DNA of 37,206 bases from Flavobacteriaceae bacterium. GTDB taxonomy: Bacteria; Bacteroidota; Bacteroidia; Flavobacteriales; Flavobacteriaceae. A model generated the notes under the pieces. It was not told where the DNA came from, made no database searches, and saw only the letters and a program-made list of their open reading frames with translations. Made by a program: the position numbers and the translations under genes. Shown here one piece after another: positions 1-9,471 of the stretch. Each line of letters opens with the position of its first letter. Positions within the stretch are counted from its first letter, which is position 1. The stretch spans positions 33,631 to 70,836 of the forward strand of contig PACY01000048.1 of the NCBI GenBank assembly GCA_002700405.1, in the 5' to 3' direction.

Positions 1-498
1 ACTAACAGTTATTAAATTCTTTTTTGTCATTACCTCAGTGATTCCTCTTGAATTATTCTTTTCAAACCTAAGGTCTCTATTTGTAACAATTCCTTTTAAA
101 ATTCCTTTATCATCTATAATAGGAATACCTCCAATTTTATTTTCTTTCATACTCAGTTTTGCATCACTGACAATAGAGTCTAGGGGTAGGGTAATTGGAT
201 CAATAATCATCCCGCTTTCTGCTCTTTTAACCTTTCTTACCTTTTTTGCTTGAGCTTCAATAGACATGTTTTTATGTAAAACTCCTAGACCTCCTTCTTG
301 AGCTATTGCAATTGCCATTCTACTTTCAGTAACTGTATCCATTGCTGCAGAAATGATAGGAATATTCAATGATATATTCTTTGAAAATTTAGTTTTTATC
401 TCTACGTCTCTAGGAAGTATTTTTGAATAGGCTGGGATCAGCAGTACATCATCATAAGTAAGAGCTTCTCCAACTATTTTGTTTTGATGATGTTTCAT
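1..498 (-). CDS. guaB: IMP dehydrogenase, first 166 codons (3' end runs off the window)
   Basis: Not in the ORF track because there is no stop in the window. The reverse complement from the ATG at 496-498 reads [66 protein letters not shown]..., the conserved IMPDH N-terminus. The +strand ORF 38..253 is its antisense shadow. Confidence 0.85.
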   Translation of the reverse strand, partial: MKHHQNKIVGEALTYDDVLLIPAYSKILPRDVEIKTKFSKNISLNIPIISAAMDTVTESRMAIAIAQEGGLGVLHKNMSIEAQAKKVRKVKRAESGMIIDPITLPLDSIVSDAKLSMKENKIGGIPIIDDKGILKGIVTNRDLRFEKNNSRGITEVMTKKNLITVS

Positions 499-519
499 TG
501 CAATTATTAATTAATTGCA
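499..519 (-). promoter_or_regulatory. Perfect 8-5-8 inverted repeat directly abutting the guaB start codon (candidate operator or 5' leader hairpin)
   Basis: TGCAATTA-ttaat-TAATTGCA read directly from the sequence. It ends 1 nt from the ATG (496-498, minus strand). Confidence 0.25.
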
Positions 520-576
520 TGTAAATATACGACTTTATGTTATATGACAATATTAAATAGTAACAATGATTACAAA

Positions 577-616
577 TAAAAAAAAAACCGCCTTTATGGA
601 GGCGATTTTTTTATTT
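577..616 (-). terminator. Rho-independent terminator downstream of the 639..1205 outer-membrane protein gene
   Basis: GC-rich stem CGCCT (589-593) / AGGCG (600-604) with 6-nt loop TTATGG. It is flanked by an A-run (577-587) and a T-run (606-612). On the minus strand the hairpin is followed by about 10 U. It stands out in AT-rich DNA. Confidence 0.6.
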
Positions 617-638
617 TCAATTTAAATTTTTTACTTAA

Positions 639-1205
639 TTACAATTTAAATATTATTGAAAGAGTAGCAGTATCTCTAACATTATTTATTTCTCCAGACC
701 AACCAACAGTCATTGCTGAAGAATCACCTTGTTTAGCATAAGAAAATAAGTTTGCTAAACTAAAGTCAATAATAATGTTTTCATTCATAAAATAATTCAT
801 ACCTAAACCAACTCCTATTGTAGAAAGTGAATCATCAAAACTATCTCCGCTTGCAGTTGAGAATCCCATGTTATAGTACCACATTGTTCTTTCTCCCATA
901 TTAAGAAAATAATTTCTTGCTTCAACACCTATAACAGTATTAGATTCTTTGGTCGATCCCATTTCCATAGACATTAGACCAACTGAAGCACCAATTGCCC
1001 ATGAATCATTAATAAAATAGTGAGCTGATGGTGCAATAGTAGATGCTGATGTCTCTTCAGTATCTCCATCATCTGCATTAGCAAATGTAATACCTCCACC
1101 TAAAACCCAATCACCTTGAGCAAAGCCATAACTTGTCTCATCTTGTGCTTGAGTTGAATAAACTCCGAAAAATAATACAGTAATAAAAAGTAATAATTTT
1201 TTCAT
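639..1205 (-). CDS. Small outer-membrane beta-barrel protein (OMP_b-brl / OmpW-OmpX-like porin family)
   Basis: 188 aa. Signal peptide MKKLLLFITVLFFGVYSTQAQ. Alternating hydrophobic/aromatic beta-strand pattern (WAIGASVGL, IGVGLGMNYF, ATLSIIFKL). Own terminator and candidate -7 box. Confidence 0.7.
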   Translation of the reverse strand: MKKLLLFITVLFFGVYSTQAQDETSYGFAQGDWVLGGGITFANADDGDTEETSASTIAPSAHYFINDSWAIGASVGLMSMEMGSTKESNTVIGVEARNYFLNMGERTMWYYNMGFSTASGDSFDDSLSTIGVGLGMNYFMNENIIIDFSLANLFSYAKQGDSSAMTVGWSGEINNVRDTATLSIIFKL

Positions 1206-1234
1206 TTTATATTTATTTATTGTTAATAATGGTG

Positions 1235-1242
1235 CAAATGTA
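1235..1242 (-). promoter_or_regulatory. Bacteroidota-type -7 promoter box TACATTTG (TAnnTTTG) for the OMP gene
   Basis: The +strand CAAATGTA equals minus-strand TACATTTG, 29 nt upstream of the ATG at 1205. Confidence 0.35.
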
Positions 1243-1315
1243 GGTATTTATTTAGACTCAATCTCGATAAAGTGCATATTTATCTGATTAAAAACATTGT
1301 AATTTCATTATAACT

Positions 1316-1330
1316 AATTGATAATCAATT
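1316..1330. promoter_or_regulatory. Perfect 15-nt palindrome AATTGAT-A-ATCAATT, candidate dimeric-regulator operator upstream of the OMP gene
   Basis: Read directly. It lies in the 178-nt intergenic region, about 75 nt upstream of the candidate -7 box. The 1-nt centre rules out an RNA hairpin. Confidence 0.25.
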
Positions 1331-1383
1331 CAATAGATATTCCTGTGATAAATTGAAGAAAACATCATTTTATTGACAAAATA

Positions 1384-2244
1384 CTACTTATATCTGCCAA
1401 AAATATCTAATGAGCTATTAAATGCCTTGGCAAAAAGATCAGAATTTATTGAAGTTTGAAGATTATTTTCTGTAACAAAAGAAACTAGCTTTTCTGTTGG
1501 CATATTTCCAATTAGATTGTCTGAGGCCATAGGACATCCTCCAAATCCTTTTATTGCGCCATCAAAACGTCTACAGCCTGCATCATAAGCAGTTTTTACT
1601 TTCTCATACCAAAACTTAGGGTTTGTATGTAAATGGACTCCAAACTCAATGTTTTTATATTTATTAGATAAGCTTTTAAATATTTTTCCAATAGAATCAG
1701 TATCTGCAGAGCCAATGGTATCACTCAATGATATAGTTTTTATTCCCTTATCTATCAAATATGTAACCCATTTTTCAACTATTTCTAAACTCCAAGGATC
1801 ACCATAAGGATTTCCAAAGCCCATTGATAGGTAAACCACTAATTCCTTTTTGTTTTTTACGCATATATCTTTTATATCCATAAGAACTATTTCTGATTCC
1901 TTTATTGTCTTGTTAGTATTTCTCATTTGGAAGTTTTCAGAAATAGAGAATGGATAACCTAAATATGAAATTTTTGAGAATTTGCAAGCTTCTAAAGCTC
2001 CGCGCTTATTAGCAATTATAACTAATAGCTTAGTATTGTTAGTTATTTTTATTTTTTCTATAACATCACCGGTGTCAGATAGTTGTGGTATAACTTTACT
2101 TGAAACAAAACTACCAATATCTAATGTGTCAAAACCAACATCCACTAAAGACTGAAGATATTTTACCTTATGATTGGTTGGAATAAATTCCTTAATGCTT
2201 TGCATTGCATCTCTTGGACATTCAATAATTTTAATAGTTGACAT
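1384..2244 (-). CDS. Hydroxymethylglutaryl-CoA lyase (HMGL-like TIM-barrel) family protein
   Basis: 286 aa. IIECPRDAMQS (PRDxxQ substrate/metal motif), GVHLHTN (His ligands), GFGGCPMA near the C-terminus. Confidence 0.8.
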   Translation of the reverse strand: MSTIKIIECPRDAMQSIKEFIPTNHKVKYLQSLVDVGFDTLDIGSFVSSKVIPQLSDTGDVIEKIKITNNTKLLVIIANKRGALEACKFSKISYLGYPFSISENFQMRNTNKTIKESEIVLMDIKDICVKNKKELVVYLSMGFGNPYGDPWSLEIVEKWVTYLIDKGIKTISLSDTIGSADTDSIGKIFKSLSNKYKNIEFGVHLHTNPKFWYEKVKTAYDAGCRRFDGAIKGFGGCPMASDNLIGNMPTEKLVSFVTENNLQTSINSDLFAKAFNSSLDIFGRYK

Positions 2245-2274
2245 TTCAAATAGCTAAGATGTATTAAAATTAGC

Positions 2275-2898
2275 TTAATTTTCAGAAAATAGTATCATTA
2301 TTGCAATTGAAATTAAGACAGTAATATTAATCCATTTCAATAACTCAGTGTAGACTTTAAATTTTTTAAAATTATTGTAAATAAAAGAAGACATGAAGAC
2401 AATTATAATAAAAACAATGAAAGTGACTAACATAAAAATTACTCCTAGAATATAAAACTGGATAATTGGATTTATGTAATCGCTAAAAATAAAGGTTGGA
2501 AAAAATGCTAAAAAGAAAATTAAAACCTTAGGATTTAATATATTCATCAAAAAGCCATTTAAAAATACCTTAAACTTGTTTTTTTGATTCATTCTATCTG
2601 GAATATCTGTTATTTCATTCTCAGAATTATATACTTTTATTGCAACAAACAATAAATATATTGCTCCAATATATTTTAATATAGAAACAAGAAAAGAATT
2701 ACTTGTAATTAATGCTGAAACACCAAAGGCTACAAAGGTTGTGTGAATAAAACAACCTGAAACCAATCCTAAAATAGTATAAAATCCAAGTGTTTTTCCA
2801 TATTTAGCACTAAAAGTTAAGACAAAAAAATTATCTGGACCCGGAGCCAATGCTAGTAAGAAACTAGCTATACTAAAAGAAATCAATATACTTTCCAT
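2275..2898 (-). CDS. LysE/RhtB-family amino-acid exporter
   Basis: 207 aa, about 6 TM. N-terminal LALAPGPDNFFVL...YGKTLGF is typical of the LysE family. The gene lies 30 nt upstream of the lyase gene. Confidence 0.8.
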   Translation of the reverse strand: MESILISFSIASFLLALAPGPDNFFVLTFSAKYGKTLGFYTILGLVSGCFIHTTFVAFGVSALITSNSFLVSILKYIGAIYLLFVAIKVYNSENEITDIPDRMNQKNKFKVFLNGFLMNILNPKVLIFFLAFFPTFIFSDYINPIIQFYILGVIFMLVTFIVFIIIVFMSSFIYNNFKKFKVYTELLKWINITVLISIAIMILFSEN

Positions 2899-2951
2899 AA
2901 ATACAATTTCAATAAAAATTAAGTATTTTTACATTATATCTGCAAAATAAC

Positions 2952-4694
2952 ATGAAAAAAATACTATTTATATCAGCATTATTGATTTCTATAAATTCTA
3001 ACGCTCAAAATATTGATAACATGTGTGGAACAGATGTTCCAGAAAACTATTTTGAACTATTAGAAGAAAAAAGGGATCTTATTGAAAAATATGAAAAAGA
3101 ATATTATCAATTGAAACAAAATAGAACCTCAACTGCAATAACTAATGTTCCTGTAAAAATTCACATAGTTACTCAAGCAAGTGGTGCAACTTCGATTTCA
3201 GAATCAGATATCATAGCAGAAATTGAAGAGGCTAACTCCTACCTAGTAAATTCTTTTTTAGAAATGAACATATGTGATGAAGTGAATTATATTGCTGATA
3301 ATACTTTGTATGAATTTGATACAGCTGACCAGGGACAATTATATTCCTATCATGAGCCAGATATTCTAAATATATATTTTGTTGAGTCTATTAGTTCTGG
3401 TGGAAATGGAATATGTGGTTATACTTATCTTCCTGGAAGCAATAGTCAATATTATGATGTAATTGTTATGGACAACCAATGCACAACTAATAATAGCGGA
3501 GATACATTACTGCATGAATTTGGACATCACTGGAATCTAATTCACACCCATGGAGTTCAAAATGGCACATTGACTGACGAGCTTGTAAATGGTTCCAATT
3601 GTGAAACAGCAGGAGACAGGATATGTGATACTCCAGCTGATCCACAATTAAATGGTAGCAATGTAAGTAACGTTAGTTGTGTTTATAATGGAAATGATAC
3701 AGACGGGCAAGGACAGCCTTTTGACCCAGATACTTCGAATATAATGTCATATTCTCCACAAAGCTGTACAAACACGCTATCTGATGGTCAATTTGCAAGA
3801 ATGTACGCAGGCTATCATGCTTTTAAATCTTATTATAAATGCCCATCATTTAATATTGATTTTAATACTGATCAAAATCAAGATTGTGATGATAATATGA
3901 GTGTTGACTTTACTGACACAAGTGTTGGAGCAATTTCATGGCAATGGGATGTTGATGGAGATGATGTGATTGATTATACTAGTCAAAACCCTTCACACAC
4001 TTACACCCCTGGAGATTATGATGTCACACTTACTATTACAAATTCAAATTCTTCTTCTATAACTAAAGTTTTTCCTAGCTATATTAATTACAGCTCAAGT
4101 ATTTATGAAACTACTAAGGTTTATCTTACAATAAGGGTAGTCTATGGGGTAGATCAAAATACCTGGGAACTCACAGATAGTTCTGGAACAATTATTGATT
4201 CTGGTGGGCCTTATAGTGAGTCCGGAGATTATACTCATGAATTAGATGTTGTTCAGTCTGAATGTTATACGTTCTCTATTTTTGACTCAGAAGGAGATGG
4301 GTTAAGTAATAATAATAATTTGGCGGGTGCTGCAGGACAAGAATTCTATGAATTAAAAGCAGATAATGATATTCTTATTCATACCAATACAAATTTTGGA
4401 TCTTCTGAGAGTACACAAATAAGCACAAATTACTTAGGTTTATCAGATTTAGAAATTAACAACTTTAGTGTTTATCCAAATCCATCTGAATATTTGCTAA
4501 CTATTAGGCCAAATGGGTCTATAATACCTGAAAAATATTCAATAATTGACATAAATGGAAGAATAATTTTGAATAAGGATGTTCAGTCACAATATGATTT
4601 ATCTGTAGAAACAGGAGCATTGGAATCTGGAATTTATTTTATAAATATAGTTTCAAAAGGAAAAGAAGAAACAATAAAATTTATAGTAAAATAA
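2952..4694 (+). CDS. Secreted M43 (pappalysin/cytophagalysin-like) zinc metalloprotease with PKD domain, an unassigned beta-rich module and a T9SS C-terminal sorting domain
   Basis: 580 aa. Signal peptide ...INSNAQ. HEFGHHWNLIH at 3513-3545 with Met-turn-like NIMSYS. PKD-like FTDTSVGAISWQWDVDGDD...YDVTLTITN. C-terminal FSVYPNPSEYLLTI...GIYFINIVSKGKEETIKFIVK matches the Por_Secre_tail pattern. Confidence 0.8.
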   Translation: MKKILFISALLISINSNAQNIDNMCGTDVPENYFELLEEKRDLIEKYEKEYYQLKQNRTSTAITNVPVKIHIVTQASGATSISESDIIAEIEEANSYLVNSFLEMNICDEVNYIADNTLYEFDTADQGQLYSYHEPDILNIYFVESISSGGNGICGYTYLPGSNSQYYDVIVMDNQCTTNNSGDTLLHEFGHHWNLIHTHGVQNGTLTDELVNGSNCETAGDRICDTPADPQLNGSNVSNVSCVYNGNDTDGQGQPFDPDTSNIMSYSPQSCTNTLSDGQFARMYAGYHAFKSYYKCPSFNIDFNTDQNQDCDDNMSVDFTDTSVGAISWQWDVDGDDVIDYTSQNPSHTYTPGDYDVTLTITNSNSSSITKVFPSYINYSSSIYETTKVYLTIRVVYGVDQNTWELTDSSGTIIDSGGPYSESGDYTHELDVVQSECYTFSIFDSEGDGLSNNNNLAGAAGQEFYELKADNDILIHTNTNFGSSESTQISTNYLGLSDLEINNFSVYPNPSEYLLTIRPNGSIIPEKYSIIDINGRIILNKDVQSQYDLSVETGALESGIYFINIVSKGKEETIKFIVK

Positions 4695-4695
4695 C

Positions 4696-5715
4696 TTAGT
4701 TTAAACTAGTTAATGCTTTATTTATTGATTTTATAAGAGAAGGACCCTCATATATAAATCCTGTATAAATTTGAACTAAATCTGCACCTGCTTTAATCTT
4801 ATCTATTGCATCTTTTGCAGAATGAATACCTCCCACTCCAATTATAGGTATTTTTCCATTGCTTTTATCAGAAATAAATCTAATGACTTCATTGGATTTA
4901 TTTGCCAATGGCTTTCCACTTAAGCCTCCTGATTCATTTATATTTTTTGAAGTTAAATTATCCCTATTTATTGTGGTATTAGTAGCTATAATTCCATCAA
5001 TTTTTAGAGATATTGCTAAATCTACAATCTCTAAAAGGTTTTCTTTAGATAAATCAGGAGATATCTTAATTAAAATAGGTTTAGTTTTTGATTTCTTTAA
5101 ATTCTCTTTATTCAGAGAATCTAAAATAACTCTTAGGAAATTCGTGTTCTGTAGCTCTCTTAGATTAGGCGTATTTGGAGAGCTAACATTTACAGCGAAA
5201 TAATCAACAAAATCATACAAGTGATTAAAACATAACAAATAGTCATTAACTGCTTGAGTGTTTGGGGTATTCTTGTTTTTTCCAATATTACCTCCAATTA
5301 ATATATTTTTATTTTTCTTTAAGCGCAAAGCAATCTTAGCCATTCCATCATTATTAAAGCCCATTCTATTAATAATGCCTTGATCATTAGTTAATCTGAA
5401 TAATCGCTTCTTTGGATTGCCTTGTTGGGGTTGTGGAGTTACGGTTCCAATCTCTACAAAACCAAAACCAAAGCGACTTAATTCTTTATACAGTTTAGCA
5501 TTCTTATCAAATCCAGCAGCCAATCCTACTGGATTTTTAAAATCCAATCCAAATAATTTTCTTTCTAGTTTGTTGTTTTTTACTGAATATATCTTCTCAA
5601 TAAAAAAACCAATAAAAGGAAGGTTTAAACTTATTTTAAAAAATAGAAAAGTAAAATTGTGAACTTTTTCAGGATCAAATAAAAATAAGAAAGGAAGAAT
5701 TATCTTTTTATACAT
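4696..5715 (-). CDS. pyrD: Dihydroorotate dehydrogenase (quinone), class 2
   Basis: 339 aa. [49 protein letters not shown] motifs. Hydrophobic N-terminal membrane-association segment. Confidence 0.9.
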   Translation of the reverse strand: MYKKIILPFLFLFDPEKVHNFTFLFFKISLNLPFIGFFIEKIYSVKNNKLERKLFGLDFKNPVGLAAGFDKNAKLYKELSRFGFGFVEIGTVTPQPQQGNPKKRLFRLTNDQGIINRMGFNNDGMAKIALRLKKNKNILIGGNIGKNKNTPNTQAVNDYLLCFNHLYDFVDYFAVNVSSPNTPNLRELQNTNFLRVILDSLNKENLKKSKTKPILIKISPDLSKENLLEIVDLAISLKIDGIIATNTTINRDNLTSKNINESGGLSGKPLANKSNEVIRFISDKSNGKIPIIGVGGIHSAKDAIDKIKAGADLVQIYTGFIYEGPSLIKSINKALTSLN

Positions 5716-5736
5716 TCACAACAATGAACTATATTA

Positions 5737-5744
5737 CAAAAATA
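5737..5744 (-). promoter_or_regulatory. -7 box TATTTTTG (TAnnTTTG) upstream of pyrD
   Basis: The +strand CAAAAATA equals minus-strand TATTTTTG. It lies 21 nt upstream of the pyrD ATG (5713-5715). Confidence 0.3.
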
Positions 5745-5786
5745 TAATAAAATGAATTAACTAAAAAGCAACTAAGAGCTTAATGA

Positions 5787-6059
5787 TTATTTTTTCTTAT
5801 TAAGCTTAGTAGTTTTACTTATAGAAATAGCTGATATCTCTATCTTAATCTTTCCAGCCATAGTTGCAATAATACAGGTTCCTTCTTTGTTATTCACATC
5901 ATTTACAGTTCCATAAATGCCTCCAATTGTAACTATCCTATCACCTCTTTTTAGTTCAGCTTTAAATTTCTTTTCTGTTTTATTTTGATTAAACTGAGGT
6001 CTTATTATAAAAAAATAAGTAACCAATAAAATTGCAAGAATAAAAACGCTAGTATCCAT
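5787..6059 (-). CDS. yajC: Preprotein translocase subunit YajC
   Basis: 90 aa. Single N-terminal TM followed by RPQ...LKRGDRIVTIGGIYGTV, the YajC signature. Confidence 0.85.
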   Translation of the reverse strand: MDTSVFILAILLVTYFFIIRPQFNQNKTEKKFKAELKRGDRIVTIGGIYGTVNDVNNKEGTCIIATMAGKIKIEISAISISKTTKLNKKK

Positions 6060-6067
6060 CTATAATA

Positions 6068-6565
6068 TTATTGTACTATTGGACCAGGAGGAGTTTGATT
6101 TGGCCTGTTCTTAAGCTTTTCTGCCATTTCTGGATTATTAATAAATGCTGTTATCTTAACAGTTTCTCTACCAGCTGCAGTGTTTGCAGCAATTGTAACT
6201 GTTTTAGAAGTCTTATTAACACCCTTTCCATTAAATTTGACAGTAAATTGCGATGATTCTCCAGGACTTAATGGCTCTCTACTCCAATCTCTAGGAACTG
6301 TACATCCGCATGTGCTTTTAATGTCTGTAATAACTAAAGGGCTTTCACCAGTATTAGTATAGGAAAAAACAGTCTCTACAGGAGTGCCATCTTGAATAGT
6401 GCCAAAGTCATGAACTGTCTTGTCAAAAGTCATAATTGGAGCATTAGTGAAGGAATTATCTCTTACTGATGCCTTTTGAACATTCTCAGACTTTACCTTA
6501 CTAAAAGGATCATCTCCACAGGAAAATATAAAAAATACCGATAATAAAAATAATATGTTTTTCAT
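6068..6565 (-). CDS. DUF1573 domain lipoprotein
   Basis: 165 aa. Lipobox FIFSC. FDKTVHDFGTIQDGTPVETVFSYTNTGESPLVITDIKSTCGCTVP is the DUF1573 signature. The nusB-DUF1573-yajC order is typical of Bacteroidota. Confidence 0.8.
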   Translation of the reverse strand: MKNILFLLSVFFIFSCGDDPFSKVKSENVQKASVRDNSFTNAPIMTFDKTVHDFGTIQDGTPVETVFSYTNTGESPLVITDIKSTCGCTVPRDWSREPLSPGESSQFTVKFNGKGVNKTSKTVTIAANTAAGRETVKITAFINNPEMAEKLKNRPNQTPPGPIVQ

Positions 6566-6608
6566 TTCTTAAAAGAATTAAATTTTGCTGTAAAAATATA
6601 AAAAAATG

Positions 6609-7556
6609 TCATTCGTGCAAACCTCTACCTTCTTTAATTATTTTACCTTTTTTAGTAAAATCTTTTACAATACTATCTAAAACACCGTTTATAAATATAT
6701 TGCTTTTTGGTGTTGAATATTCTTTTGATATCTCAATATATTCATTTAAAGTTACTTTAATTGGGATAGTCTTAAACTCAATAAGTTCACAGACTGCCAT
6801 ATTTAACATTATATAATCTATTTTCGCTATCCTTTCAGAATCCCAATTTTTAGTTTTTTTAGAAATCTCCTTATTGTATTTACTGTAATTTTCTAATGTT
6901 GTTTTAAGTAATTTTTTCGCAAATATTTTATCCTGACTATCCTTATATAATTTTGGTAATAAATGTTTTTTAGTGTTTATTTTTTTAGACTTATTTATCA
7001 GTTTTAAAATAATCGTATTAACTAATGGCAAATCATCAACCCAATTAATGTTTTTATCTTCTAAGTAACTATACAGCTTCTCATCATTAACTATAATATC
7101 TTTATATAATTTAGAAACAAAATTTTTATCATTTTTAAAAGAAAGGTCACTACTTGTTAAATAATCAGAATAAAAATCACTTTTTATTAATTGATCGTAT
7201 ATTAAATCAACATATTTAAAATCCATCCCCCACACCTCTAAAGATCTCTTTTTTATCTCTTGATTAAATAACTTGTTTATTTTAAAATAATTTAGTAATT
7301 GATTTTTGATAATTTTTTGATTATCAAAATGATTATTATTGTCAGTTAAAAGTTTTTGTTTAGAAATTAGGAATTTGGTTTCTGCCTTTTTTAATAACTC
7401 TACTAGCAAAGAGATTAAAATTAAGTATAAATCATACATAGAATCTATACTATCTAAGAGATTTTTCTCTGTCTCTTTTGTATATTCGAAATCAGAAATT
7501 TTTAATGCGTAGATAATTTGCATTATTTTTAGGCGAATATGTCTTCTAGTAAGCAT
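6609..7556 (-). CDS. nusB: Transcription antitermination factor NusB (long Bacteroidota form)
   Basis: 315 aa. N-terminal RRHIRLKIMQIIYA. C-terminal WDSERIAKIDYIMLNMAVCEL...VTLNEYIEISKEYSTPKSNIFINGVLD is NusB-like. Confidence 0.8.
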   Translation of the reverse strand: MLTRRHIRLKIMQIIYALKISDFEYTKETEKNLLDSIDSMYDLYLILISLLVELLKKAETKFLISKQKLLTDNNNHFDNQKIIKNQLLNYFKINKLFNQEIKKRSLEVWGMDFKYVDLIYDQLIKSDFYSDYLTSSDLSFKNDKNFVSKLYKDIIVNDEKLYSYLEDKNINWVDDLPLVNTIILKLINKSKKINTKKHLLPKLYKDSQDKIFAKKLLKTTLENYSKYNKEISKKTKNWDSERIAKIDYIMLNMAVCELIEFKTIPIKVTLNEYIEISKEYSTPKSNIFINGVLDSIVKDFTKKGKIIKEGRGLHE

Positions 7557-7636
7557 TTTAAAGAACTTTAATTAAATACTTTAATTTAATTTTACGCAAG
7601 ATACTATTAAAATTTATTAGAAAGAATTTATAATCA

Positions 7637-9403
7637 GTGAAAGAATTAAAACACCTTAATAAATATTTTTACAAGTATAGGTTAAACCTATTGCTTGGAG
7701 TTATTATAATAATAATTGCTAGGATATTACTTTTATTTACTCCAGGATTAGTAAGAAATTCAATAAATATTATAGATCAGTATAGAAGGAATGTAATAAT
7801 CGATCAATCAATAGTAGAAAATGAGCTTATTCAGAATATATTCCTTATCCTATTAGCTGCTGTATTATCTGGTTTTTTTACATTTTTAACAAGACAGACT
7901 ATAATAAATGTATCAAGGTATGTTGAATTTGATTTAAAAAATGAAATATATAACCAATATCAAAATCTATCTCTAAATTTTTATAAAAAGAATAAAACAG
8001 GAGATTTAATGAATAGAATTAGTGAGGATGTTTCCAGAGTGAGAATGTATGTAGGGCCAGCTGTAATGTATTCTATAAACACTATTACTCTACTTATAAT
8101 TGTAATATTTTATATGTATAGACAATCTCCTGAATTAACTTTTTATACAATATGTCCACTACCAATTTTATCAATTACAATATATAAATTAAGTAAATTA
8201 ATAAATCAACGAAGCACTATAGTTCAAGAATCACTTTCAAAATTATCATCATATACACAAGAAATTTTTACAGGTATTCAAATAGTCAAGTCTTATGTGA
8301 TTCAGGATAAAACTTCAAAATCATTTGATGATTTATCATCAGAAAATAAACTGAATCAAATTAATTTAGCAAAAGTTCAAGCTCTATTTTTCCCTTTAAT
8401 GATATTATTGATTGGTTTAAGCAACCTGCTTGTAATATATATTGGTGGAAAACAATATTTAGATGGGACAATCAGCGATATTGGAATAATAGCTGAATTT
8501 ATTATTTATGTTAATATGCTGACATGGCCTGTAGCCTCAATAGGCTGGATAAGCTCAATTATTCAACAAGCTGAAGCTTCTCAGAAAAGAATAAATGAGT
8601 TTTTAAATGAGAGATCAGAAATAACTAATTTCAATTTAAATGACACATCAAATATATTAGGGGAAATTACCTTCAATAATGTCAACTATAAATACAAAGA
8701 AACTGGGATAGCAGCGACAAACAACATAAATTTTAGTATAAAATCTGTTGATAAGTTAGGTATTACAGGGGGTACTGGATCTGGTAAATCTACATTAATG
8801 AACCTTTTATGTCGATTATATGATATTGATGATGGTGAAATATTAATTGATAATATTCCTATCAAAGAAATAAATTTAAATTCACTAAGAAAACAAATAG
8901 GATATGTTCCTCAAGACACATTTCTATTTTCAGATACAATAATGAATAATATTAAATTTGGAATTGAAAATGCAACTAGAGATGAAGTAATTAAAGCATG
9001 TAAAACAGCTGCAATTCACAATGAAATCTCAAATTTTGAAAAAGGTTATGACACAATTCTTGGTGAAAGAGGAATAAACTTAAGCGGAGGACAAAAACAA
9101 AGAATATCTATAGCTAGAGCTTTAATTAAAAAACCTAAAATATTAATATTAGATGACTGTCTCTCAGCAATGGATACTCAAACAGAAGAGTTAATCCTAA
9201 AATCTCTAGACAGTTACACAAAAAATATTTCAACTATAATAATTAGTCATAGGATTTCATCAATAAAAAATGCTAATAATATAATTGTTCTTGAAAATGG
9301 TAGCATAATTCAATCGGGCACTCATAATCAACTAATTAGTAAAGATGGGTACTATAAACAATTGTATAACAAGCAGATAATTAAAAAAGAAAGTATAGAA
9401 TAA
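7637..9403 (+). CDS. ABC exporter, fused permease/ATPase (MsbA/ABCB-like)
   Basis: 588 aa, GTG start. Six-TM domain followed by Walker A GGTGSGKST, signature LSGGQKQR, Walker B ILILDD. Confidence 0.85.
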   Translation: MKELKHLNKYFYKYRLNLLLGVIIIIIARILLLFTPGLVRNSINIIDQYRRNVIIDQSIVENELIQNIFLILLAAVLSGFFTFLTRQTIINVSRYVEFDLKNEIYNQYQNLSLNFYKKNKTGDLMNRISEDVSRVRMYVGPAVMYSINTITLLIIVIFYMYRQSPELTFYTICPLPILSITIYKLSKLINQRSTIVQESLSKLSSYTQEIFTGIQIVKSYVIQDKTSKSFDDLSSENKLNQINLAKVQALFFPLMILLIGLSNLLVIYIGGKQYLDGTISDIGIIAEFIIYVNMLTWPVASIGWISSIIQQAEASQKRINEFLNERSEITNFNLNDTSNILGEITFNNVNYKYKETGIAATNNINFSIKSVDKLGITGGTGSGKSTLMNLLCRLYDIDDGEILIDNIPIKEINLNSLRKQIGYVPQDTFLFSDTIMNNIKFGIENATRDEVIKACKTAAIHNEISNFEKGYDTILGERGINLSGGQKQRISIARALIKKPKILILDDCLSAMDTQTEELILKSLDSYTKNISTIIISHRISSIKNANNIIVLENGSIIQSGTHNQLISKDGYYKQLYNKQIIKKESIE

Positions 9404-9471
9404 GTTGTGTTCTTGATTTTTTTTTAAGATTTTTGAGATCTAAACAAAACATATTAATATAAAACTGACCA

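Noticed and set aside
38-253. 71-aa +strand ORF at the left edge
   Set aside because: It lies entirely antisense to the clearly recognisable guaB reading frame. Its hydrophobic, low-complexity translation is typical of shadow ORFs in AT-rich DNA.
1316-1330. Reading TTGAT...ATCAA as an FNR/CRP-type site
   Set aside because: FNR-type sites need a 4-nt spacer (TTGAT-N4-ATCAA), and here the spacer is 1 nt. I kept it only as a generic or Fur-like palindrome.
2252-2275. AGCTAA-N12-TTAGCT hairpin between the LysE and lyase genes
   Set aside because: The stem is 6 bp with a 12-nt loop and no U-tract. It sits between co-directional genes 30 nt apart and is too weak to call.
4697-4708. 12-nt palindrome TAGTTTAAACTA at the protease/pyrD junction as a bidirectional terminator
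   Set aside because: It has no loop, the stem is AT-only and there is no U-tract. It lies inside the pyrD coding end.
4859-5662. Two +strand ORFs (4859..5203 and 5417..5662)
   Set aside because: Both lie antisense inside pyrD and have no motifs. They are shadow ORFs.
6071-6362. Two +strand ORFs (6071..6256 and 6180..6362)
   Set aside because: They lie antisense inside the DUF1573 lipoprotein gene. The Cys/Ser-rich translations are nonsense.
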